Shown one piece after another: positions 1-14,500 of a DNA stretch of 64,000 nucleotides. A program made the translations under genes and the position numbers. Origin of the DNA: the human T2T-CHM13v2.0 reference genome, Homo sapiens. Every line of letters starts with the position of its first letter. Within the stretch, counting starts at the first letter, position 1. The notes under the pieces are model-generated. The model ran no database searches, was not told the origin of the DNA, and saw only the letters and a list, made by a program, of their open reading frames with translations. The stretch lies in assembly GCF_009914755.1 (NCBI RefSeq), contig NC_060937.1; one strand, given 5' to 3'.

Positions 1-1016
1 TATACAGTACATAAAATATGAAATTACATCAAATATATATAATAATATGTACATAAAACATGAAAGTACATCAAATATAAATTATATACTGTACATAAAA
101 TACCAAAGAACCCCAAATATATATTATATACTGTACATGAAATATCAAAGTTCACAAACTATATATTATATACTGTACATAAAATATCAAAGTACCCAAG
201 GTATATATTCTATTCTCTACAAAAAATATCAAAGTACCCAAAGCATGTATTATATACGGTACATGAAATATGAAAGTACATCAAATATATATTTAATTCT
301 GTACATAAAATATCAAAGTACACCAAATATATATTCTATAGTGTACATAAGATATCAAAGTACCCAAACTATATATTATATACTGTACATAAAGTATGAA
401 ATTACATCAAATATATATTATATTAGGTACATAAAATATGAAAGTACATCAAATATAAATTATATACTGTACATAAAGTACCAAATACCCCAAATATATA
501 TTATATACTCTACATGAAATATCAAAGTTCACAAACTATATATTATATACTGTACATAAAATATCAAAGTACCCAAGGTATATATTCTATACTCTACAAA
601 AAATATCAAAGTACCCAAAGCATGTATTATATACGGTACATAAAATATGAAAGTACATCAAATATATATTTAATTCTGTACATAAAATATCAAAGTACAC
701 CAAATATATATTCTATAGTGTACATAAAATATCAAAGTACCCAAACTATACATTATATACTGTTAATAAAATATGAAAGTACATAAAATATATATATTAT
801 TCTGTACATAAAATATCAAAGTACACCAAATATATATTCTATAGTGTACATAAGATATCAAAGTACCCAAACTATACATTATATACTGTACATAAAATAT
901 GAAATTACATCAAATATATATTATATTAGGTACATAAAATATGAAAGTACATCAAATATAAATTATATACTGTACATAAAGTACCAAATACCCCAAATAT
1001 ATATTATATACTCTAC

Positions 1017-4000
1017 ATGAAATATCAAAGTTCACAAACTATATATTATATACTGTACATAAAATATCAAAGTACCCAAGGTATATATTCAATACTCTAC
1101 AAAAAATATCAAAGTACCCAAAGCATGTATTATATACGGTACATAAAATATGAAAGTACATCAAATATATATTTAATTCTGTACATAAAATATCAAAGTA
1201 CACCAAATATATATTCTATAGTGTACATAAAATATCAAAGTACCCAAACTATACATTATATACTGTACATAAAATATGAAATTACATCAAATATATATTA
1301 TATTAGGTACATAAAATATGAAAGTACATCAAATATAGATTATATACTGTACATAAAATACCAAAGTACCCCAAATACATATTATATACTGTACATGAAA
1401 TATCAAAGTTCACAAACTATATATTATATTCTGTACATAAAATATCAAAGTACACCAATTATATGTTCTATAGTGTACATAAAATATCAAAGTACCCAAA
1501 CTATACATTATATACTGTACATAAAATATGAAATTACATCAAATATATATTATATTAGGTACATAAAATATGAAAGTACATCAAATATAGATTATATACT
1601 GTACATAAAATACCAAAGTACCCCAAATACATATTATATACTGTACATGAAATATCAAAGTTCACAAACTATATATTATATACTGTACATAAAATATCAA
1701 AGTACCCAAGGTATATATTCTATACTGTACAAAAAATATGAAAGTACCCAAAGCATGTATTATATACTGTACATAAAATATGAAAGTATATCAAATAAAT
1801 ATTTTATTCTGTACATAAAATATCAAAGTACACCAAATATATATTCTATAGTGTACATAAGATATCAAAGTACCCAAACTATATATTATATACTGTACAT
1901 AAAGTATGAAATTACATCAAATATATATTATATTAGGTACATAAAATATGAAAGTACATCAAATATAAATTATATACTGTACATAAAGTACCAAATACCC
2001 CAAATATATATTATATACTCTACATGAAATATCAAAGTTCACAAACTATATATTATATACTGTACATAAAATATCAAAGTACCCAAGGTATATATTCTAT
2101 ACTCTACAAAAAATATCAAAGTACCCAAAGCATGTATTATATACGGTACATAAAATATGAAAGTACATCAAATATATATTTAATTCTGTACATAAAATAT
2201 CAAAGTACACCAAATATATATTCTATAGTGTACATAAAATATCAAAGTAGCCAAACTATACATTATATACTGTACATAAAATATGAAATTACATCAAATA
2301 TATATTATATTAGGTACATAAAATATGAAAGTACATCAAATATAGATTATATACTGTACATAAAATACCAAAGTACCCCAAATACATATTATATACTGTA
2401 CATGAAATATCAAAGTTCACAAACTATATATTATATACTGTACATAAAATATCAAAGTACCCAAGGTATATATTCTATACTCTACAAAAAATATCAAAGT
2501 ACCCAAAGCATGTATTATATACTGTACATAAAATATGAAAGTATATCAAATAAATATTTTATTCTGTACATAAAATATCAAAGTACACCAAATATATATT
2601 CTATAGTGTACATAAGATATCAAAGTACCCAAACTATATATTATATACTGTACATAAAGTATGAAATTACATCAAATATATATTATATTAGGTACATAAA
2701 ATATGAAAGTACATCAAATATAAATTATATACTGTACATAAAGTACCAAATACCCCAAATATATATTATATACTCTACATGAAATATCAAAGTTCACAAA
2801 CTATATATTATATACTGTACATAAAATATCAAAGTACCCAAGGTATATATTCTATACTCTACAAAAAATATCAAAGTACCCAAAGCATGTATTATATACG
2901 GTACATAAAATATGAAAGTACATCAAATATATATTTAATTCTGTACATAAAATATCAAAGTACACCAAATATATATTCTATAGTGTACATAAAATATCAA
3001 AGTACCCAAACTATACATTATATACTGTACATAAAATATGAAATTACATCAAATATATATTATATTAGGTACATAAAATATGAAAGTACATCAAATATAG
3101 ATTATATACTGTACATAAAATACCAAAGTACACCAAATATATATTTTATACTGTACATGCAATATCAAAGTTCACAAACTATATATTATATACTGTACAT
3201 AAAATATCAAAGTACCCAAGGTATATATTCTATACTGTACAAAAAATATCAAAGTACCCAAAGCATGTATTATATACTGTTAATAAAATATGAAAGTACA
3301 TAAAATATATATATTATTCTGTACATAAAATATCAAAGTACACCAATTATATGTTCTATAGTGTACATAAAATATCAAAGTACCCAAACTATACATTATA
3401 TACTGTACATAAAATATGAAATTACATCAAATATATATTATATTAGGTACATAAAATATGAAAGTACATCAAATATAAATTATATACTGTACATAAAGTA
3501 CCAAATACCCCAAATATATATTATATACTCTACATGAAATATCAAAGTTCACAAACTATATATTATATACTGTACATAAAATATCAAAGTACCCAAGGTA
3601 TATATTCTATACTCTACAAAAAATATCAAAGTACCCAAAGCATGTATTATATACGGTACATAAAATATGAAAGTACATCAAATATATATTTAATTCTGTA
3701 CATAAAATATCAAAGTACACCAAATATATATTCTATAGTGTACATAAAATATCAAAGTACCCAAACTATACATTATATACTGTACATAAAATATGAAATT
3801 ACATCAAATATATATTATATTAGGTACATAAAATATGAAAGTACATCAAATATAGATTATATACTGTACATAAAATACCAAAGTACCCCAAATACATATT
3901 ATATACTGTACATGAAATATCAAAGTTCACAAACTATATATTATATTCTGTACATAAAATATCAAAGTACACCAATTATATGTTCTATAGTGTACATAAA

Positions 4001-5000
4001 ATATCAAAGTACCCAAACTATACATTATATACTGTACATAAAATATGAAATTACATCAAATATATATTATATTAGGTACATAAAATATGAAAGTACATCA
4101 AATATAGATTATATACTGTACATAAAATACCAAAGTACCCCAAATACATATTATATACTGTACATGAAATATCAAAGTTCACAAACTATATATTATATAC
4201 TGTACATAAAATATCAAAGTACCCAAGGTATATATTCTATACTGTACAAAAAATATGAAAGTACCCAAAGCATGTATTATATACTGTACATAAAATATGA
4301 AAGTATATCAAATAAATATTTTATTCTGTACATAAAATATCAAAGTACACCAAATATATATTCTATAGTGTACATAAGATATCAAAGTACCCAAACTATA
4401 TATTATATACTGTACATAAAGTATGAAATTACATCAAATATATATTATATTAGGTACATAAAATATGAAAGTACATCAAATATAAATTATATACTGTACA
4501 TAAAGTACCAAATACCCCAAATATATATTATATACTCTACATGAAATATCAAAGTTCACAAACTATATATTATATACTGTACATAAAATATCAAAGTACC
4601 CAAGGTATATATTCTATACTCTACAAAAAATATCAAAGTACCCAAAGCATGTATTATATACGGTACATAAAATATGAAAGTACATCAAATATATATTTAA
4701 TTCTGTACATAAAATATCAAAGTACACCAAATATATATTCTATAGTGTACATAAAATATCAAAGTAGCCAAACTATACATTATATACTGTACATAAAATA
4801 TGAAATTACATCAAATATATATTATATTAGGTACATAAAATATGAAAGTACATCAAATATAGATTATATACTGTACATAAAATACCAAAGTACCCCAAAT
4901 ACATATTATATACTGTACATGAAATATCAAAGTTCACAAACTATATATTATATACTGTACATAAAATATCAAAGTACCCAAGGTATATATTCTATTCTCT
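1017..5000 (+). repeat. 2,517-bp-period duplication within domain 1
   Basis: ORFs 1017..2027 and 3534..4544 have identical translations, and 2024 and 4541 begin identically (both carry the AGTAGCCAA variant). Both pairs are offset by 2,517 bp. Confidence 0.85.
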
Positions 5001-5220
5001 ACAAAAAATATCAAAGTACCCAAAGCATGTATTATATACGGTACATGAAATATGAAAGTACATCAAATATATATTTAATTCTGTACATAAAATATCAAAG
5101 TACACCAAATATATATTCTATAGTGTACATAAAATATCAAAGTAGCCAAACTATACATTATATACTGTACATAAAATATGAAATTACATCAAATATATAT
5201 TATATTATGTACATAAAATA

Positions 5221-5640
5221 TGAAAGTACATCAAATATAGATTATATACTGTACATAAAATACCAAAGTACACCAAATATATATTTTATACTGTACATGC
5301 AATATCAAAGTTCACAAACTATATATTATATACTGTACATAAAATATCAAAGTACCCAAGGTATATATTCTATACTGTACAAAAAATATCAAAGTACCCA
5401 AAGCATGTATTATATACTGTTAATAAAATATGAAAGTACATCAAATATAGATTATATACTGTACATAAAATACCAAAGTACACCAAATATATATTTTATA
5501 CTGTACATGCAATATCAAAGTTCACAAACTATATATTATATACTGTACATAAAATATCAAAGTACCCAAGGTATATATTCTATACTGTACAAAAAATATC
5601 AAAGTACCCAAAGCATGTATTATATACTGTTAATAAAATA
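5221..5640 (+). repeat. 210-bp (5-monomer) direct tandem duplication
   Basis: The sequence starting TGAAAGTACATCAAATATAG at 5221 repeats at 5431, including the CATGCAATAT and CTGTTAATAA variants. Confidence 0.9.
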
Positions 5641-8600
5641 TGAAAGTACATAAAATATATATATTATTCTGTACATAAAATATCAAAGTACACCAATTAT
5701 ATGTTCTATAGTGTACATAAAATATCAAAGTACCCAAACTATACATTATATACTGTACATAAAATATGAAATTACATCAAATATATATTATATTAGGTAC
5801 ATAAAATATGAAAGTACATCAAATATAAATTATATACTGTACATAAAGTACCAAATACCCCAAATATATATTATATACTCTACATGAAATATCAAAGTTC
5901 ACAAACTATATATTATATACTGTACATAAAATATCAAAGTACCCAAGGTATATATTCTATACTCTACAAAAAATATCAAAGTACCCAAAGCATGTATTAT
6001 ATACGGTACATAAAATATGAAAGTACATCAAATATATATTTAATTCTGTACATAAAATATCAAAGTACACCAAATATATATTCTATAGTGTACATAAGAT
6101 ATCAAAGTACCCAAACTATATATTATATACTGTACATAAAGTATGAAATTACATCAAATATATATTATATTAGGTACATAAAATATGAAAGTACATCAAA
6201 TATAAATTATATACTGTACATAAAGTACCAAATACCCAAATATATATTATATACTCTACATGAAATATCAAAGTTCACAAACTATATATTATATACTGTA
6301 CATAAAATATCAAAGTACCCAAGGTATATATTCTATACTCTACAAAAAATATCAAAGTACCCAAAGCATGTATTATATACGGTACATAAAATATGAAAGT
6401 ACATCAAATATATATTTAATTCTGTACATAAAATATCAAAGTACACCAAATATATATTCTATAGTGTACATAAAATATCAAAGTACCCAAACTATATATT
6501 ATATACTGTACATAAAGTATGAAATTACATCAAATATATATTATATTAGGTACATAAAATATGAAAGTACATCAAATATAAATTATATACTGTACATAAA
6601 GTACCAAATACCCCAAATATATATTATATACTCTACATGAAATATCAAAGTTCACAAACTATATATTATATACTGTACATAAAATATCAAAGTACCCAAG
6701 GTATATATTCTATACTCTACAAAAAATATCAAAGTACCCAAAGCATGTATTATATACGGTACATAAAATATGAAAGTACATCAAATATATATTTAATTCT
6801 GTACATAAAATATCAAAGTACACCAAATATATATTCTATAGTGTACATAAAATATCAAAGTACCCAAACTATACATTATATACTGTACATAAAATATGAA
6901 ATTACATCAAATATATATTATATTAGGTACATAAAATATGAAAGTACATCAAATATAGATTATATACTGTACATAAAATACCAAAGTACCCCAAATACAT
7001 ATTATATACTGTACATGAAATATCAAAGTTCACAAACTATATATTATATACTGTACATAAAATATCAAAGTACCCAAGGTATATATTCTATACTGTACAA
7101 AAAATATGAAAGTACCCAAAGCATGTATTATATACTGTACATAAAATATGAAAGTATATCAAATAAATATTTTATTCTGTACATAAAATATCAAAGTACA
7201 CCAAATATATATTCTATAGTGTACATAAGATATCAAAGTACCCAAACTATATATTATATACTGTACATAAAGTATGAAATTACATCAAATATATATTATA
7301 TTAGGTACATAAAATATGAAAGTACATCAAATATAAATTATATACTGTACATAAAGTACCAAATACCCCAAATATATATTATATACTCTACATGAAATAT
7401 CAAAGTTCACAAACTATATATTATATACTGTACATAAAATATCAAAGTACCCAAGGTATATATTCTATACTCTACAAAAAATATCAAAGTACCCAAAGCA
7501 TGTATTATATACGGTACATAAAATATGAAAGTATATCAAATAAATATTTTATTCTGTACATAAAATATCAAAGTACACCAAATATATATTCTATAGTGTA
7601 CATAAGATATCAAAGTACCCAAACTATATATTATATACTGTACATAAAGTATGAAATTACATCAAATATATATTATATTAGGTACATAAAATATGAAAGT
7701 ACATCAAATATAAATTATATACTGTACATAAAGTACCAAATACCCCAAATATATATTATATACTCTACATGAAATATCAAAGTTCACAAACTATATATTA
7801 TATACTGTACATAAAATATCAAAGTACCCAAGGTATATATTCTATACTCTACAAAAAATATCAAAGTACCCAAAGCATGTATTATATACGGTACATAAAA
7901 TATGAAAGTACATCAAATATATATTTAATTCTGTACATAAAATATCAAAGTACACCAAATATATATTCTATAGTGTACATAAAATATCAAAGTACCCAAA
8001 CTATACATTATATACTGTACATAAAATATGAAATTACATCAAATATATATTATATTAGGTACATAAAATATGAAAGTACATCAAATATAGATTATATACT
8101 GTACATAAAATACCAAAGTACCCCAAATACATATTATATACTGTACATGAAATATCAAAGTTCACAAACTATATATTATATACTGTACATAAAATATCAA
8201 AGTACCCAAGGTATATATTCTATTCTCTACAAAAAATATCAAAGTACCCAAAGCATGTATTATATACGGTACATGAAATATGAAAGTACATCAAATATAT
8301 ATTTAATTCTGTACATAAAATATCAAAGTACACCAAATATATATTCTATAGTGTACATAAAATATCAAAGTACCCAAACTATACATTATATACTGTACAT
8401 AAAATATGAAATTACATCAAATATATATTATATTAGGTACATAAAATATGAAAGTACATCAAATATAGATTATATACTGTACATAAAATACCAAAGTACC
8501 CCAAATACATATTATATACTGTACATGAAATATCAAAGTTCACAAACTATATATTATATACTGTACATAAAATATCAAAGTACCCAAGGTATATATTCTA

Positions 8601-11599
8601 TACTGTACAAAAAATATGAAAGTACCCAAAGCATGTATTATATACTGTACATAAAATATGAAAGTATATCAAATAAATATTTTATTCTGTACATAAAATA
8701 TCAAAGTACACCAAATATATATTCTATAGTGTACATAAGATATCAAAGTACCCAAACTATATATTATATACTGTACATAAAGTATGAAATTACATCAAAT
8801 ATATATTATATTAGGTACATAAAATATGAAAGTACATCAAATATAAATTATATACTGTACATAAAGTACCAAATACCCCAAATATATATTATATACTCTA
8901 CATGAAATATCAAAGTTCACAAACTATATATTATATACTGTACATAAAATATCAAAGTACCCAAGGTATATATTCTATACTCTACAAAAAATATCAAAGT
9001 ACCCAAAGCATGTATTATATACGGTACATAAAATATGAAAGTACATCAAATATATATTTAATTCTGTACATAAAATATCAAAGTACACCAAATATATATT
9101 CTATAGTGTACATAAAATATCAAAGTACCCAAACTATACATTATATACTGTACATAAAATATGAAATTACATCAAATATATATTATATTAGGTACATAAA
9201 ATATGAAAGTACATCAAATATAGATTATATACTGTACATAAAATACCAAAGTACCCCAAATACATATTATATACTGTACATGAAATATCAAAGTTCACAA
9301 ACTATATATTATATACTGTACATAAAATATCAAAGTACCCAAGGTATATATTCTATACTGTACAAAAAATATGAAAGTACCCAAAGCATGTATTATATAC
9401 TGTACATAAAATATGAAAGTATATCAAATAAATATTTTATTCTCTACATAAAATATCAAAGTACACCAAATATATATTCTATAGTGTACATAAGATATCA
9501 AAGTACCCAAACTATATATTATATACTGTACATAAAGTATGAAATTACATCAAATATATATTATATTAGGTACATAAAATATGAAAGTACATCAAATATA
9601 AATTATATACTGTACATAAAGTACCAAATACCCCAAATATATATTATATACTCTACATGAAATATCAAAGTTCACAAACTATATATTATATACTGTACAT
9701 AAAATATCAAAGTACCCAAGGTATATATTCTATACTCTACAAAAAATATCAAAGTACCCAAAGCATGTATTATATACGGTACATAAAATATGAAAGTACA
9801 TCAAATATATATTTAATTCTGTACATAAAATATCAAAGTACACCAAATATATATTCTATAGTGTACATAAAATATCAAAGTACCCAAACTATACATTATA
9901 TACTGTACATAAAATATGAAATTACATCAAATATATATTATATTAGGTACATAAAATATGAAAGTACATCAAATATAGATTATATACTGTACATAAAATA
10001 CCAAAGTACCCCAAATACATATTATATACTGTACATGAAATATCAAAGTTCACAAACTATATATTATATACTGTACATAAAATATCAAAGTACCCAAGGT
10101 ATATATTCTATTCTCTACAAAAAATATCAAAGTACCCAAAGCATGTATTATATACGGTACATGAAATATGAAAGTACATCAAATATATATTTAATTCTGT
10201 ACATAAAATATCAAAGTACACCAAATATATATTCTATAGTGTACATAAGATATCAAAGTACCCAAACTATATATTATATACTGTACATAAAGTATGAAAT
10301 TACATCAAATATATATTATATTAGGTACATAAAATATGAAAGTACATCAAATATAAATTATATACTGTACATAAAGTACCAAATACCCCAAATATATATT
10401 ATATACTCTACATGAAATATCAAAGTTCACAAACTATATATTATATACTGTACATAAAATATCAAAGTACCCAAGGTATATATTCTATACTCTACAAAAA
10501 ATATCAAAGTACCCAAAGCATGTATTATATACGGTACATAAAATATGAAAGTACATCAAATATATATTTAATTCTGTACATAAAATATCAAAGTACACCA
10601 AATATATATTCTATAGTGTACATAAAATATCAAAGTACCCAAACTATACATTATATACTGTACATAAAATATGAAATTACATCAAATATATATTATATTA
10701 GGTACATAAAATATGAAAGTACATCAAATATAGATTATATACTGTACATAAAATACCAAAGTACCCCAAATACATATTATATAGTGTACATGAAATATCA
10801 AAGTTCACAAACTATATATTATATACTGTACATAAAATATCAAAGTACCCAAGGTATATATTCTATACTCTACAAAAAATATCAAAGTACCCAAAGCATG
10901 TATTATATACGGTACATAAAATATGAAAGTACATCAAATATATATTTAATTCTGTACATAAAATATCAAAGTACACCAAATATATATTCTATAGTGTACA
11001 TAAGATATCAAAGTACCCAAACTATATATTATATACTGTACATAAAGTATGAAATTACATCAAATATATATTATATTAGGTACATAAAATATGAAAGTAC
11101 ATCAAATATAAATTATATACTGTACATAAAGTACCAAATACCCCAAATATATATTATATACTCTACATGAAATATCAAAGTTCACAAACTATATATTATA
11201 TACTGTACATAAAATATCAAAGTACCCAAGGTATATATTCTATACTCTACAAAAAATATCAAAGTACCCAAAGCATGTATTATATACGGTACATAAAATA
11301 TGAAAGTACATCAAATATATATTTAATTCTGTACATAAAATATCAAAGTACACCAAATATATATTCTATAGTGTACATAAAATATCAAAGTACCCAAACT
11401 ATACATTATATACTGTACATAAAATATGAAATTACATCAAATATATATTATATTAGGTACATAAAATATGAAAGTACATCAAATATAGATTATATACTGT
11501 ACATAAAATACCAAAGTACCCCAAATACATATTATATACTGTACATGAAATATCAAAGTTCACAAACTATATATTATATACTGTACATAAAATATCAAA

Positions 11600-14500
11600 G
11601 TACCCAAGGTATATATTCTATACTGTACAAAAAATATCAAAGTACCCAAAGCAAGTATTATATACTGTACATAAAATATGAAAGTACATCAAACATATAT
11701 TTTATTCTGTACATAAAATATCAAAGTACACCAAATATATATTCTATAGTGTACATAAAATATCAAAGTACCCAAAGTATACATTATATACTGTACATAA
11801 AATATGAAATTACATCAAATATATATTACATTAGGTACATAAAATATGAAAGTACATCAAATATAGATTATATACTGTACATAAAATATCAAAGTACCCC
11901 AAATATATATTATATACTGTACATGAAATATCAAAGTTCACAAACTATATATTATATACTGTACATAAAATATCAAAGTACCCAAGGTATATATTCTATA
12001 CTGTACAAAATATATCAAAGTACCCAAAGCATGTATTATATACTGTACATATAATATGAAAGTACATCAAATAAATAGTTTATTCTGTACATAAAATATC
12101 AAAGTACACCAAATATATATTCTATAGTGTACGTAAAATATCAAAGTACCCAAACTATACATTATAAACTGTAGATAAAATATGAAATTACATCAAATAT
12201 ATACTATATTATGTACATAAAATATGAAAGTACATCAAATATAGATTATATACTCTACATAAAATACCAAAGTACCCCAAATAAATATTTTATACTGTAC
12301 GTGCAATATCAAAGTTCACAAACTATATATTATATACTGTACATAAAATATCAAAGTACCGAAGGTATATATTCTATACTGTACAAAAAATATCAAAGTA
12401 CGCAAAGCATGTATTATATACTGTACATAAAATATGAAAGTACATCAAATATATATTTTATTCTGTACATAAAATATCAAAGTACACCAAATATATATTC
12501 TGTAGTGTACATAAAATATCAAAGTACCCAAACTATACATTATATACTGTACATAAAATATGAAATTACATCAAATATATATTAAAATAGGTACATAAAA
12601 TATGAAAGTACATCAAATATAAATTATATACTGTACATCAAATACCAAAGAACCCCAAATATATATTATATACTGTAAATGAAATATCAGAGTTCACAAA
12701 CTATATATTATATACTGTATATAAAATATCAAAGTACCCAAGGTATATATTCTGTACTGTATAAAAAATATCAAAGTACCCAAAGCATGTATTATATACT
12801 GTTCATAAAATATGAAAGTATATCAAATATGTATTTTATTCTGTACATAAAATATCAAAGTACACCAAATATATATTCTATAGTGTACATAAAATATCAA
12901 AGTACCCAAACTATACATTATATACTGTACATAAAATATGAAATTACATCAAATATATATTATATTAGGTACATAAAATATGAAAGTACATCAAATATAG
13001 ATTATATACTGTACATAAAATACCAAAGAACCCCAAATATATATTATATACTGTACATGAAATATCAAAGTTCACAAACTATATATTATATACTGTACAT
13101 AAAATATCAAAGTACCCAAGGTATATTTTCTATACTGTACAAAAAATATCAAAGTACCCAAAGCATGTATTATATACTGTTAATAAAATATGAAAGTACA
13201 TCAAATATATATTTTATTCTGTACATAAAATATCAAAGTACACCAAATATATATTCTATAGTGTACATAAAATATCAAATTACCCAAACTATACATTATA
13301 TACTGTACATAAAATATGAAATTACATCAAATATATATTATATTAGGTACATAAAATATGAAAGTACATCAAATATAAATTATATACTGTACATAAAATA
13401 TCAAAGTACCTCAAATATATAGTATATACTGTACATGAAATATCAAAGTTCACAAGCTATATATTATATACTGCACATAAAATAGCAAAGTACCCAAGGT
13501 ATATATTCTATACTGTACAAAAAATATAAAAGTACACAAAACATGTATTATATACTGTACATAAAATATGAAAGTACATCAAATATATATTTTATTCTGT
13601 ACATAAAATATCAAAGTACACCAAATATATATTCTATAGTGTACATAAAATATCAAAGTACCCAAAGTATACATTATATACTGTACATAAAATATGAAAT
13701 TACATCAAATATATATTACATTAGGTACATAAAATATGAAAGTACATCAAATATAGATTATATACTGTGCATAAAATATGAAAGTACCCCAAATATATAT
13801 TATATACTGTACATGAAATATCAAAGTTCACAAACTATATATTATATACTGTACATAAAATATCAAAGTACCCAAGGTATATATTCTATACTGTACAAAA
13901 AATATCAAAGTACGCAAAGCATGTATTATATACTGTACATAAAATATGAAAGTACATCAAATATATATTTTATTCTGTACATAAAATATCAAAGTACACC
14001 AAATATATATTCTATAGTGTACATAAAATATCAAAGTACCCAAACCATACATTATATACTGTACATAAAATATGAAATTACATCAAATATATATTATAAT
14101 AGGTACATAAAATATGAAAGTACATCAAATATAAATTATATACTGTACATAAAATACCAAAGAACCCCATATATATATTATATACTGTACATGAAATATC
14201 AAAGTTCACAAACTATATATTATATACTGTATATAAAATATCAAAGTACCCAAGGTATATATTCTATACTGTACAAAAAATATCAAAGTACCCAAAGCAT
14301 GTATTATATACTGTTCATAAAATATGAAAGTACATCAAATATATATTTTATTCTGTACATAAAATATCAAAGTACACCAAATATATATTCTATAGTGTAC
14401 ATTAAATATCAAAGTACCCAAACTATACATTATATACTGTACATAAAATATGAAATTACATCAAATATATATTTTATTAGGTACATAAAATATGAAAGTA

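Larger units (their letters stand above)
180..11600 (+). repeat. Domain 1: homogeneous sub-array based on a 755-bp (378+377, 18-monomer) unit with length variants
   Basis: A diagnostic 41-bp monomer 9 (ATAAAGTACCAAATACCCC) is followed by CTCTACATG, and the TACGGTAC and ATTTAATTC variants recur. ORF starts after this marker fall at 514, 1017, 2024, 2779, 3534, 4541, 5884, 6260, 6637, 7392, 7769, 8902, 9657, 10412 and 11167. The most common spacing is 755. Confidence 0.9.
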
